The notes: a model not told the origin generated them from the sequence alone. A DNA stretch of 64,000 nt from Candidatus Marinacidobacterales bacterium (GCA_965224085.1 CBDCYI010000011.1:256001-320000); one strand, 5' to 3'; positions 8,999 through 20,015 are shown, counted from the stretch's first letter. Program-made: numbers and translations.

Positions 8999-11900
8999 AT
9001 GTCTGTAAGCAGAAGTAGCTCCTATGGGAGAAAGTTTTTGAGAAACGTCGTCATGGCGTTCTGTCTGGCGGTGGTCGCAGTAACGTACACAGCGACTTTC
9101 ACCCAGGACATCAATGCACAGGGAGCCAACAACAACGATCCGGCCGATTGCACCATCACCCGAGGTCAAGACCCGTTTGACGTTTTGCACTCCGGCCTCC
9201 GCCACAACGTGTGGTTCGTGCTCGATTCTTCCGGGTCCATGGACGGGAAGCTCCCGGGAACCAATCTAAGGAAGAAAAACGTTGCGAGAGACATCATAAG
9301 GGATCTCATGACGACGCTCGTGGACGCCTCCGGGAGCCCTCTCGTCAACTGGGGCTACTTCCCGTACTCTACTTCTAACCCTGCGGACAAGACTTGCCCT
9401 TCGTCACTTCCGCCTCCGGCTTCCCAGGACCCCAACGGCGACGGTTTCATGGACAATCCCGGCGGCTGCGACGGGCTCAACACGAGTAACAATGTCCACC
9501 CCTCCACCAGCGCATGCGGCGAAAACAACCTAAACGACATCTTCGACGCCATGGACGCCACGAACTTCACTTCAGGAACGCCGATTGGTATCGGCTACGA
9601 TCAAATCAGCGACATCATCGAGGCTGGCTACTTCAACAACCTCGGGCCGGGCCAGAAGAACTTCATCATCCATTTGACGGATGGTCAGGAGACGTGTGAG
9701 TGCCAGACATTTGAGTACCAGAACGGCGGCACCAGCGTCAATATTCGCGGAAGCTCCACCGGATGGGGTGTCACCACGTTCAACGCTTCAGACAACGCGA
9801 GTAGGCGAACTTTCAACGCCGGCCTCAAGGCGGAGGAGTCGCTGCGACAGATCGATCCGGATCTCGATGGCTCGAAGGGCAACATCTTCCTGGTGGGGAT
9901 GGGCCTCGAACCCGATAGAAAGGAGAGGGCGAACCATATCGCATGGCTCGGTTCGGGCGCGAGAATCGCCGGCCGCGAGAATCGCCGGCCGCGATCCGTC
10001 ACTCAAGTTCCCCGCCTTCTTCGGTGATGACCCCGACGAGTTCCTCGCGGTGCTCACGGAGATTATCGGGATCATCTCGACCCCGGACGCCGAGGTCAGC
10101 CTAGGGCAGTCCGTGGTCGGTTCGGTCAAGGAGCTCATCCCGCTCGCCGATTCCACGATCACCAGCGACGACATTCTCGCCGCCCGTATCGCTGGAGCGC
10201 TCGACGAGGACGACACCGACGAGGCACGAGAGATTCGTGCCGCCTTTCCCAATAACATTCTTTTCTCTACGGCGGTTGTCACCCCGGCGTGGGAAGGACA
10301 TTTGAAGGCGTTCAACATCTACGAAGTCGTCGACAAGGGCCTGCCAACAGAGAGACGGGTCGCCGATTTCACGCAGATCTGGGACGCGGGTGAGAAGCTA
10401 CGCGACACCGATCCCGACGATCGGACGGTCCTCTTCAATCGCCTCGGTGACGCGCCTGGCTCTTTTCCGATGAGCTTCGACGTCGGCAGCGTGCAGGCCT
10501 CGGATCTGAACGTCGCCGCAGGCTTTCTCTCGGAGCTCGACGGGACCGGCGCCGAGACGGCCGCGGATGCGGCGGAGATTGTCGTGCGCGTGATCCGGGG
10601 CGAGCGTTTGTCGATGCACCCTACAAACGGGCTGTACCAAGACTCTGGCCGGACCATTCTAAACTTCTCGAAGTTCAAGGCAGATGGGACGACACCCACC
10701 TGGAAGCTCTACGACCCGACCAATGCCGGTCCGACGGTCGTGCTCAACCCGCCTCGCTCGCCCGATGAAAACGGCCCTCTTTATCACGCACCGGAATACG
10801 GGAGCGATTTCGACGTCGGTTTCTTCTGGGAGCACATCAACCGTACCACCGTGGTCCATCTGGGCACCAATGGTGGACCGATGCACGCTTTCCGTGCCGA
10901 AAACGGCGCTGAGCTCTACGCCTACGTTCCGGGCGACGTGCTTCCGAAGCTGGAGTCCTTTGTCCGGCTCGTGGTCAGCCAGCGGAACGGGTACCTCAAC
11001 CACGAGTTCATGGTCGCGAGCGCCGCGTCCGTCGAGGATGCGTTCTTTCAGACGGATCAGTCCTGGCACACTATACTCGCCTTCGGCCGTGGACCAGGTG
11101 GCAAGTATCTATCCGCGCTCGACATCTCGAACATTCCGGATTGGGACGGTACGACAACGAACGAAACTCCGATCGATGAGTCCGATCTTACCCATCTACC
11201 GAGGCTTCGTTTCACCGTCGGCAACGCCGAGGCCACCGTGGACTCCGACGGTCAAGGCGAAAATTATGACGGGCTCGGCGAAACTTGGTCTGTTCCTGTC
11301 ATCGGGATGGTCGCGGAAGGCACGGGCGATCAAGCCGTCTTGTTCGCGGGATCCGGCTACGGATGTGACGGCACGGATCAGGGCATGTACTTCTACGTGC
11401 TGAACCTCGAAGACGGAACCGTCCACAGGAAGTTCGGCCCGATTGGCGACGATAATCAAGCAGCTGTCGACGACAACAGGCTCGTCGCGACACCGACCCT
11501 CTTTTGGCACGATGATCTCGTCACGCGGGTCTATATCGGCGATCTTCAGGGCAAAGTCCACAAGATGGACACGTCAAACTCCGACAAGGCGCAGTGGACC
11601 TTCAACGAGTTCTACGCGCTGGGAGTCGATCAACCCATCTCCGCCCCAATCGCCACTTTCGTGAACGGGGCCTCGCAAGTTCAACTCTTTGTCGGAACGG
11701 GTGGTGACACCCGCGTGAGCTTGGCTTCTGGAGAGTACTTCAAGTTGGTCGGGCTCATCGACGCGGACATAGAGGGGCAGAACACGCCAGGAACGCTCAT
11801 GACGACGACGTCGGGAACGTTCGAGGTGGACTTGCCTCAAGACGAGAGAATCTTTGTCGCGCCGGTGACGGCGCCGACGCCGAACGGTAACGGCGCTGTT

Positions 11901-12236
11901 TTCTTCGCGAGCACCGCTCCTGGGATCGATCCGGTGACGTGCGCGAATATCTTCACCAGCACGCTCTTCGGCTTTGGTGCGACGACGGGTACGGCGGATT
12001 TCGATATGGACGATTCTCAAGCGGGTACGCAGAGCTCGACCCATGTCGCAAACACCAAAGTTACCGGTCTCTTTCATCGAGAGGGGCATCTCTACATCAG
12101 CAAGAGCGGCGGTCTCAATGCGACAGGAAGTACCGAGGTTCGCGGCAGCGACGAGTTCCCGCAGATCTCGGGTGGGGGTACGTTGGGGAATGCCTTAACG
12201 TTCTCGCTGAGCGGCTATCGGTTCTCACCGTTCTAG
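8999..12236 (+). pseudogene. PilY1/PilC-like adhesin (vWA + beta-propeller), frame broken by a 16-bp duplication
   Basis: MIDAS VLDSSGSM and LTDGQE; HAFRAENGAELYAYVP, GETWSVP and YIGDLQG motifs. Removing one GCGAGAATCGCCGGCC copy (9959-9990) fuses the two ORFs. Confidence 0.85.
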
Positions 12237-12251
12237 GCTCGTATGGGCCCG

Positions 12252-12284
12252 ATGCCGCCACGGACGTCACATCCGTGGCGGCAT
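12252..12284. terminator. 13-bp stem hairpin after the pilY1-like gene
   Basis: ATGCCGCCACGGA-cgtcaca-TCCGTGGCGGCAT; the U-tract is weak. Confidence 0.5.
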
Positions 12285-12312
12285 TGGCTCGGCTCGAGTC
12301 TAGAGCCAGGTT

Positions 12313-12870
12313 TTGCCCATGGGACTCAACTTCGTTCGCAACTACCAGGTCTCCGGCGCTGCGAACAACATCGGAGCACAGATGCAAAAGGCGCGGGCCC
12401 AGGCGGTCAAGCTCAACACGCAGCGGGGCGTCTTGCTCAACTTCAACTACCCGCAGGCGGGCATGTATCAGTGGACGAGCCTAGACCCTAATCCGATGAC
12501 GAGCGCCTGGGACAGCAACGTTTATCCTGATTTCAACCCAAAAAACTACGTTGAAGGCGTAGCGGATTTCGGCGCCGTACCCGGAGAGCCCAACAACACC
12601 TTGAACCCGGACCCGGCCAACGGTGTGATGTCGCCGCATGGGGTTCCGACAGATCTTCCAGATGAGCTCTCGTTCGATGCGGGCGGCTCCAATGCTCTGC
12701 TCTTCCGATCCGATGGCTCCGTGCGGGCCGTCAACGCGGGCGGCGCCAGTGGCGCCGGAGCTCTCACGCCCGCCGGGCTCGACTGGCAGCTCACGGTCCG
12801 CGACCCACGAACCAATCTCACGCGTGTCATCACGATTACCCGAAACGGCCGCATCACGGTCCAGGAGTAG
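12313..12870 (+). pseudogene. FimT/GspH-like minor pilin lacking its prepilin N-terminus
   Basis: LPMGLNFVRNYQV...MQKARAQAVK and C-terminal ITITRNGRI; no G-FxLxE leader upstream. Confidence 0.65.
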
Positions 12871-12874
12871 ACCC

Positions 12875-13375
12875 ATGACCATGACGAGCACAACGAAACG
12901 AACCTCCAGCGAGAACGGGTTCTCACTCATCGAAGTGTTGATAGCGATCGTCATCCTGACGATCGGACTTCTGTCTCTCGCGCAGATGATGGTCCTATCC
13001 ACCAGAGCGAACAGCCTTTCCGGGCGCATGACGTCGTGCAGCGGCGTGGCGAAGGAACGGCTCGAGCGGCTCAAGGCTGTTCCGTTCTACTCGGACCCGG
13101 TCGCCAAACTGCGGAACCCGCTACTGGTCGCGGGCGGTGACGTGAACGTCACGGTGGCCAATTTCTCCCAGTTGTACGATTCCGATGGATTGCCGGCGGC
13201 GGGAGGGAACGCGCTCTTCGAGGTGAGATGGCAGATTCAAGACGTCGTGTCGCCCCATCCGATGGAGATGCTTCAGATCCAAACGCGTTGTCTGCCGGCG
13301 AACGGAAATTTGGATCAGTTCGCCACCATCGGCGACGCGGTGTTCACCACCTTCCGCACAGCCAATATCAGCTAG
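12875..13375 (+). CDS. PilV-like minor pilin
   Basis: ENG/FSLIEVLIAIVILTIGLL prepilin cleavage motif; AGGAG RBS. Confidence 0.85.
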   Translation: MTMTSTTKRTSSENGFSLIEVLIAIVILTIGLLSLAQMMVLSTRANSLSGRMTSCSGVAKERLERLKAVPFYSDPVAKLRNPLLVAGGDVNVTVANFSQLYDSDGLPAAGGNALFEVRWQIQDVVSPHPMEMLQIQTRCLPANGNLDQFATIGDAVFTTFRTANIS

Positions 13376-13954
13376 CCGCTTTTTTCCAACGTCTCTATTT
13401 GCACCCGGGAATTCGTGGCGCGAACTGCGGATCACGCCGCGGTTCTGGGATCAAGCCGAGAACGTGGAACGGAAGCTCGGGCAGGTTCAACTCGCTCGTG
13501 CCGCAGCCCGGTAGGACAATCACTTTTGGGCTGACCCTCCTGTTGTAGCGGGGGAATTCCACTATTTTGGCCGTCTCGAAGGCAGAAGCGGCGCTCAACG
13601 GACGGTCGTCCCAATAACTTTGTAATGTGGTAAGTACCATCAATGCTTTTACGTCGAGCTTTAGCTTGAGTTTTGCACTGCGCTTCAGCATCCAACTTCT
13701 GTATCAGAATCTTCCCGCGCTCGAAAAATCGACCTCGAGGACTTCAACGGTCTTACGATTGGCAATGTCATCGTGCGCAAGAAGAAGCTCGACACGGTCT
13801 TGAAGTTTTCTTTTGTGTTGACTTTGTGAAAGGATGCCGGCGCGGTGCGTGCCGGCTGGGCGCCTTCAGGCGCAATCGCTGCTGGCGCCGCTCTCACTGA
13901 CACATGAAAGCTCTATTCCTCGCGACGCTACGAAGTAACGATGTTAAGTTGCGC

Positions 13955-15820
13955 ATGATCGAAAAACGCGTCGCACGAGCTGTTCTTGTCGCGACGAGCG
14001 CGTTCGTGCTGCTCGCGTCGGTGGCCGGCGCGCAAGCGCCGCGGCGATTTGGCGGCGAGTACGACGCGCTCGCGTCCGGCCAGCAACGCCTCATCGCCGA
14101 TTGGGTTTCGAGATTCAACGAGGTGACTGGGGTCGAGTCGGAGCCGGGGGCTTTTTACGACGAGCTCCTAAAGCTCTCCACGAAGACAACCTTCGACGCC
14201 GTGACCCATGCACTGATGGAGACAACGCTCACCGACGAAGCCGGCCTATCGCTCGGGACGGCTCTCGACCTGGTCGAAAGTCTCGAGACGGTCCGCGGGA
14301 AGGTCAAAGGTACCGGCGGGGATCGGCAATTTCGGATGTACTGCGTCTTGAAAGTGGATGCGTTAGAAACGCTCGAGAGAAGCCGCGAGTTCAAACGCGG
14401 GCCGGACAACACCGTTTTCCACAAGGGCTATCCCATCAATTACCGACAGCAGGGTGGTGTGCCCTCGATCCAGATCTCGATAGCGCGCAGCCGGCGCCGT
14501 GCGGATATCGACGTCGACTATCGCTCTTCTTCGTTTCCCTCGGCGCTGTTCAATGGACATTTGAGCTCGTCGAACTCCGATGTGCGGGCGGGCAATAACG
14601 ATGACCGCCACAACGGACGTTGGACCGGACTCGAGAACTGGTGGAGAGACATCTTCGGCATCCGGCTTGCGAGTGACTACGAAGACGCCGTCGCGAACGA
14701 GGCCCTCCAAATCCCTGATGTGCCTCGCGCGGGCAAGGAAACGATCGAGAACATGATGCACGATTTCATGAGCGCATGGCTTCTCGAGGGCAACATTGTC
14801 GAAGCGATGGGTTATGTTTCCGAGCGCGCCTACCCCTGCGTCGCGCTCGACGCTGGCGGCGACGTCGATTTGGGCATGGCACCGTTCACTCTCATGATGG
14901 GGATGGCGGCGGCCTCAGATGACTTTCGAGGGCGCGAGAGTCTCGACGGCTTGGTCGTGGGTATAAGGCTAGCCGACCCTGCGCTCAAGCTCGTGCGACA
15001 GCAACATCATGCGCAATTCGTCATTTATTCCGTACCGGACGACGCCGCGCTCGAGTTCGATTGTGCCAGCCGCCTGAAGCTCAACGAAGAGAACAACCGC
15101 GCGTCGCGGGAATACGGAAACTATTTCGGGTCCACGTTCTTCGTGAACACGTCTGACGGCATGGGGGAGACGGTCGTTCTGCTTTGGGCACGCGAGAACG
15201 ATTACTGGAAGATCGTGTCGTTCGAGTCTGAGCCCATGAAAGAAGATCGGATGGCAGGGCTGCACGAACCGCCGCCGATCGCCGTTTTCCGCATCGCGAC
15301 CCGTGGAGGATTCCGCGCCGCAGTTCATGATTTCATGACGAAGTGGTTCATCACAAAAGATTACGACGGTGCTTTCGACTACATGTCCAAAAGGGCGTAC
15401 TCGTGCTACAACCTCTACCGGGACGAAACCGTTCCGGAAGCGACATCGCTCGAAGAAGCGGGCCGCTACATTCGAGACAGTGTGAAGGAAACGGGTGAGC
15501 GCGTTGGTGCGAGGACGGAGCTAGCGTCGTTCCTCGCCGGTGTGGAGCCGAGTCACTCGGTCGTTCGTGTCATGACCCATCCGGATGAGGAGGCGTTTAC
15601 TCTCGTGGGCGTTCCAAACATCATCGCCGAGTGGGCCGACTGCGCCAGGCGGGATAGGGACGATTCGTTGCCGGATGAGATCCCACTCGACTACGGAGAA
15701 GCGTTCGGCGCGAATTTTCGATTCCGCACGCAAAGTGGTGAAGCGCCGGTATTTCGTACACTTTGGGTAGAAGAGGATGGCGAGTGGAGAATCATCTCAT
15801 TCGACATCGAAGACCCCTGA
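13955..15820 (+). CDS. Secreted hypothetical protein with two tandem C-terminal repeat domains
   Basis: Signal peptide ending AGA-Q; the pattern HDFMxxW...YxSxRAYxC...LWxxExxxWxIxSF occurs twice. Confidence 0.8.
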   Translation: MIEKRVARAVLVATSAFVLLASVAGAQAPRRFGGEYDALASGQQRLIADWVSRFNEVTGVESEPGAFYDELLKLSTKTTFDAVTHALMETTLTDEAGLSLGTALDLVESLETVRGKVKGTGGDRQFRMYCVLKVDALETLERSREFKRGPDNTVFHKGYPINYRQQGGVPSIQISIARSRRRADIDVDYRSSSFPSALFNGHLSSSNSDVRAGNNDDRHNGRWTGLENWWRDIFGIRLASDYEDAVANEALQIPDVPRAGKETIENMMHDFMSAWLLEGNIVEAMGYVSERAYPCVALDAGGDVDLGMAPFTLMMGMAAASDDFRGRESLDGLVVGIRLADPALKLVRQQHHAQFVIYSVPDDAALEFDCASRLKLNEENNRASREYGNYFGSTFFVNTSDGMGETVVLLWARENDYWKIVSFESEPMKEDRMAGLHEPPPIAVFRIATRGGFRAAVHDFMTKWFITKDYDGAFDYMSKRAYSCYNLYRDETVPEATSLEEAGRYIRDSVKETGERVGARTELASFLAGVEPSHSVVRVMTHPDEEAFTLVGVPNIIAEWADCARRDRDDSLPDEIPLDYGEAFGANFRFRTQSGEAPVFRTLWVEEDGEWRIISFDIEDP

Positions 15821-16044
15821 GATATTTCGCGCTGGCGCTACCTCTTGCTACGGACGCTGGGTAGTTTGTCGAGGATGGGCATTGTCCTATTCAGGGTTGA
15901 TGACCGCAGAGATCTCCTCTCGACGATTGCGTTGACGCTCGCGGAAATGCCTTGATGTGCGCGAAGAGTAACATGCGGCCTGGGACGTCCAAGCCGACCG
16001 TCGTCTTGCGGCGTGCGTACGCTTCCAGTAAGTTACGTCACAGC

Positions 16045-16713
16045 ATGGCGAAGCCTACTTTCATCCCATTGACTCAATACCAAGAGTTTCCTGTGGAAGA
16101 AATGCGCCGACGGACCCGCGCTTTTCACGAGCAGCTCTCGAAACGCCGCACCGTGCATGATTTCTCCGACCGTCCGGTGCCGCGGGACATCATCGACGAA
16201 TGTCTACTGAGCGCGGGGACGGCCCCGAGCGGAGCCAATCAGCAACCGTGGCACTTCGCCGTCGTCACCGATGCCACCATCAAGAGAAAGATCCGCGAAG
16301 CGGCCGAGGAAGAGGAGCGGGCGTTTTACAGTGGGCTGGCGCCCGACGAATGGCTCGAGGCGTTGTCCCATCTCGGCACCGACGAGCACAAACCGTTTCT
16401 GGAAAAAGCACCCTATCTCATCGTGGTCTTCGCCCAGAATTACGGTGTCAAACCGGATGGGAGCGCCTACAAGCACTACTACGTTTCGGAGTCCGTCGGG
16501 CTCGCGACCGGCATGCTCATCGTTGCGGTCCACAACGCGGGGCTCGTATCCTTGACCCATACACCGAGCCCTATGAACTTTCTGACCGAAGTCCTTCACC
16601 GGCCGTCTCACGAGCGGGCGTTTTTGATTCTTGTCGTCGGCTATCCGGTGGACGACGTCAAGGTTCCCAAGATCGAAAAGAAGACCCTCGAAGACATCGC
16701 GACGTTCTACTGA
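16045..16713 (+). CDS. Nitroreductase-family protein, iodotyrosine deiodinase (IYD)-like
   Basis: [55 protein letters not shown] and LTHTPSPM match the IYD subgroup. Confidence 0.85.
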   Translation: MAKPTFIPLTQYQEFPVEEMRRRTRAFHEQLSKRRTVHDFSDRPVPRDIIDECLLSAGTAPSGANQQPWHFAVVTDATIKRKIREAAEEEERAFYSGLAPDEWLEALSHLGTDEHKPFLEKAPYLIVVFAQNYGVKPDGSAYKHYYVSESVGLATGMLIVAVHNAGLVSLTHTPSPMNFLTEVLHRPSHERAFLILVVGYPVDDVKVPKIEKKTLEDIATFY

Positions 16714-16732
16714 CGCCGCGCGGAGCGACACG

Positions 16733-17276
16733 ATGGCCTGGATTCACATGATTCCCGAAGCCGAGGCGACTGGCCGGCTGAAAGAGCTCTACGAGAAATA
16801 CACCGAGCCTTGGGGCGGTGTGGACAACATTCTCAAGATACATTCCCTCAACCCGCGCTCGATGGACGCGCATTTTACGCTCTACGTGACAGGTGATGCG
16901 CGGCCGCTCCGATTTGACACGAGAGCAGCGGGAGATGATCGCGATCGTGTCTTCCGTGGTGAACCAGTGCCATTACTGAATCAAACACCACGGAGCGGGG
17001 CTCCGTAATCTCACCGAGGACGACGCGCTCGTCGCGAATCTCGTCGAGAACTGGCGCGACGCCGAGCTCTCCAACGCGGACCGCGCGATACTCGAATATT
17101 CTGAGAAGCTCACGCGTCGGCCGTGGGACATGGTGGAGCTGGATGTTCTCGCGCTGCGCGAAGCAGGCTTCAGCGACAGCGCGATCCTGGATATCAACCA
17201 GGTGACCAGCTATTACGCGTTCGCGAACCGTCTCGCCGACGGGCTCGGCATCGAGCTAGAATCGATTCACACGTAG
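16733..17276 (+). CDS. AhpD/CMD-like peroxidase-related protein, probable selenoprotein (CHYU); 1-nt frameshift near 16888
   Basis: MAWIHMI...VDNILKIHSLNP; second frame REMIAIVSSVVNQCHY-TGA(16977)-IKHHGAGLR...YAFANRLADGLG*; hairpin ACGGAGC-GGG-GCTCCGT at 16990-17006. Confidence 0.75.
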
Positions 17277-17281
17277 GGCTC

Positions 17282-18829
17282 TCAAAGCGAGCCGGAGTAG
17301 TTCTTCTTCAGTAAGTTGCGTTTCACTTTGCCGCTCCCGGTTTTTGGCAGTTCATCCACGAAGAAGACATAGCGGACGCGCTTGAAGCGCGCCGTGCGCT
17401 CCCCGGCAAAGTCGAGAAGCTCGCTCTCGGTGACGCTTCCGCCCACTCGGCGGACGACGGCGGCAGCGGGAAGCTCGCCCCATTGGTCGTCAGGGACCGC
17501 GAAAACCGCGCACTCGGAAACGTCGGGATGTTCGGAGAGCATGCCTTCGAGCTCGGCGGGATAGACGTTGATCCCTCCCGACAGAATACGCTCTTTCGTG
17601 CGACCGACGAGTGTCAGCATGCCTTCGTCATCTGCAAGAGCGAGGTCGCCCGTAAAGCCCCAACCGTCATCGGATTTGAAGTAAGCCCGAGTCTCCTCGG
17701 GCGCGTCGAGATAACCCTCCATCAACACGGGCCCTCGAACAGCGAGCTCGCCCACCTCACCCGGCAACGCGACGTCGCCTTTTTCCGTGAACACGCAATG
17801 CTCGATGCGAGGTCCGGGTTTTCCCACTGCCTGCGGATTCTTCCGGCGCTCCTCGGGATTTTGGCAGAGAAGATGTCCCGTTTCCGTCGAGCCGAGCGCC
17901 TGTACGAACGTCACGTTGGGGAGCGCGGCTTCCGCGCGCTCGAGAAGTTCCTGCGACGCGGGTGCGCCTCCGTAAACGACTTTCCGAAGCCCGTCGAGCC
18001 CGTCGAGCCCGTCGAGCCCGTCGAGCCCGTAGAGATTGAGCCCTTCCAGGAGCATGGCGATTTGAGACGGCACCATGAATGCTCCTGTAATGCCCTTTGC
18101 CGCGACTTGCGCGATCAGCTCCTTTGGGCTCCAACCTCGCAAGAAGATGCACGTGGCGCCCGCGAGAAGTGCTGGTTGGAACCACGTGAAGATGCCCGCC
18201 GCATGGCACAGCGGTGTGGTCACAGCGAGGATGTCCTCTGGGTGAAGCGGGATGTCTTCGACGGCCGCGACGGCGGAGAGGATGCGCGACCGGTGGCTTA
18301 ACACGACGCCTTTAGGGTGACCCGTCGTGCCGCTCGTATATTGGATACAGAACGGATCCTCGGGCCGGATGGTCCGCGCAACGGGGTTATCCGGCTGTCC
18401 TCGAAAGAACGCGTCGAAGTCGGAAGCGTCGATCAGATGCGGTGCCACCCCGAGCTCGTCGAACGTCGCCTCAGCCGTCGGCTTCGTCTTGGTATCGACG
18501 ATCCAAGCTTCGGCCCCGGTTTGGCGGCACACATAAGCGAGCTCGGAAAGGGTGTAGCGGGGGGACACGTGGACCGACACACAGCCCGAGCGGGCGGCGC
18601 CGTAGAAGCCGACGGCGTAGGCGGGCGAGTTGGACAGCATGAAGCCGATCTTCGCTCCCGGTGCGAGGCGCTCGGCGAGCGCGTGGGCGCATTGCTGCGT
18701 CATGCGGTCGAGCTCCGCGTAGCTCACACTCTCGTCGTCGAACACGATCGAGGCGCGTTCGGGGCTGCGCTCGGCCGAGCGGCGGATGATGTCGCCCGTG
18801 ACTCCGGTGGCTGCTGAATCGGCGAGCAT
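17282..18829 (-). CDS. Class I adenylate-forming enzyme (acyl-CoA synthetase)
   Basis: YTSGTTGHPKG, TGDLA, GRTKE and LPKTGSGK motifs; in-frame 9-bp repeat expansion at 17988-18030. Confidence 0.9.
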   Translation of the reverse strand: MLADSAATGVTGDIIRRSAERSPERASIVFDDESVSYAELDRMTQQCAHALAERLAPGAKIGFMLSNSPAYAVGFYGAARSGCVSVHVSPRYTLSELAYVCRQTGAEAWIVDTKTKPTAEATFDELGVAPHLIDASDFDAFFRGQPDNPVARTIRPEDPFCIQYTSGTTGHPKGVVLSHRSRILSAVAAVEDIPLHPEDILAVTTPLCHAAGIFTWFQPALLAGATCIFLRGWSPKELIAQVAAKGITGAFMVPSQIAMLLEGLNLYGLDGLDGLDGLDGLRKVVYGGAPASQELLERAEAALPNVTFVQALGSTETGHLLCQNPEERRKNPQAVGKPGPRIEHCVFTEKGDVALPGEVGELAVRGPVLMEGYLDAPEETRAYFKSDDGWGFTGDLALADDEGMLTLVGRTKERILSGGINVYPAELEGMLSEHPDVSECAVFAVPDDQWGELPAAAVVRRVGGSVTESELLDFAGERTARFKRVRYVFFVDELPKTGSGKVKRNLLKKNYSGSL

Positions 18830-18858
18830 TGTCGACGTGCATTCTATACTCGATTCGT

Positions 18859-18887
18859 TTGCGAGCCGCGACGCGACGTGCTAGCCT
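18859..18887 (+). promoter_or_regulatory. Sigma70-like promoter TTGCGA-17-TAGCCT with extended TG
   Basis: The predicted +1 falls on the A of ATG at 18894, implying a leaderless transcript. Confidence 0.55.
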
Positions 18888-18893
18888 GATACC

Positions 18894-18974
18894 ATGAGTT
18901 CGACCCACGGTTTCATGCCGATCGCTTGTCCCTGTTGCTGTTGTCGCAGGGGAGCGCGCGGCCTCTCGGTCTGA
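18894..18974 (+). CDS. Poly-cysteine leader sORF (MSSTHGFMPIACPCCCCRRGARGLSV)
   Basis: 26 codons with 5 Cys in 6 consecutive codons; ends 78 bp before the ATP-grasp gene. Confidence 0.7.
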   Translation: MSSTHGFMPIACPCCCCRRGARGLSV

Positions 18975-19052
18975 GTGTTTCCCCCCTCTCGCTAGTCGCG
19001 ACGCTCCCCAATATCTGTCGAGGATAGAACTATTTGCAGGAGCAGTACGGCT

Positions 19053-20015
19053 ATGTCACGGATCTACATCATTCACGAGAACGACGATTGGACCGCCCCC
19101 TTGCGGGCCGAGCTGAACCGACGCGCGCTTCCTTTCGAGGAGTGGTTTCTCGATCGGGGAACGATCGATCTCTCCTCGGCACCGCCCGACGGAGTTTTCT
19201 ACAACCGCATGAGCGCCTCGTCCCACACGCGCGGCCATCGTTTCGCGGCGGAGCACACGGCCGCGGTGCTCGCTTGGCTTGAGCGCCACGACAGAGTCGT
19301 GGTCAATGACTCCCGGGCGATGCAGCTCGAGATCAGCAAAGCGGCGCAATACGCTGCGCTCGCGAGCTATGGCATCCGAACCCCCAAGACCATTGCCGCG
19401 ATTGGGCGGGAGGAAATCCTCGAAGCGGCGTGCGGCTTCGATCGGCCGTTCATCACCAAACACAACCGAGGCGGTAAAGGCCTCGGCGTTCGGCTGTTCA
19501 GGAGCCTAGAAGCGCTCCGGAGCTACGTGGAGAGCGACGTGTTCGAAGAGCCGCTCGACGGGATCACGCTGATCCAGAAATACATCGAAGCGCCCGACGC
19601 CTCCATCACCCGTTGCGAGTTCGTGGGCGGGAAGTTTCTATACGCGGTCCGCGTCGACACGTCCCAAGGTTTCGAGCTCTGCCCCGCCGACGAATGCCAA
19701 ACGGGAGACGAGCTCTGCCCAGCGACCGTGAGCGAGCGACCTCGGTTCGAGATCCGGCGCGGATTCGACAACGACCTCCTCGGTCCCTTTGCACAGTTTC
19801 TCGCCGGCAACGGCATAAAGATCGCTGCCATCGAGTTCATCGAGGACCGAGACGGCAACGCCTATGCCTATGACGTCAACGTCAACACGAACTACAACGC
19901 CGATGCGGAGCGCCGCGCCGGCCTATCAGGCATGGGCGCGGTCGCGAGCTATCTCGGCGCCGAGCTTCAGAGGCGCTACCAGAACGTCCTCGAGGCGGTC
20001 TGCGCTTCGCCGTAA
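19053..20015 (+). CDS. RimK-like ATP-grasp ligase
   Basis: KHNRGGKGLGV, LIQKYI and YDVNVNTNYN motifs; AGGAG RBS. Confidence 0.85.
   Translation: MSRIYIIHENDDWTAPLRAELNRRALPFEEWFLDRGTIDLSSAPPDGVFYNRMSASSHTRGHRFAAEHTAAVLAWLERHDRVVVNDSRAMQLEISKAAQYAALASYGIRTPKTIAAIGREEILEAACGFDRPFITKHNRGGKGLGVRLFRSLEALRSYVESDVFEEPLDGITLIQKYIEAPDASITRCEFVGGKFLYAVRVDTSQGFELCPADECQTGDELCPATVSERPRFEIRRGFDNDLLGPFAQFLAGNGIKIAAIEFIEDRDGNAYAYDVNVNTNYNADAERRAGLSGMGAVASYLGAELQRRYQNVLEAVCASP

Noticed and set aside
13376-13950. Possible ncRNA or small gene after the pilV-like gene
   Set aside because: No convincing ORF, riboswitch or terminator pattern recognised.
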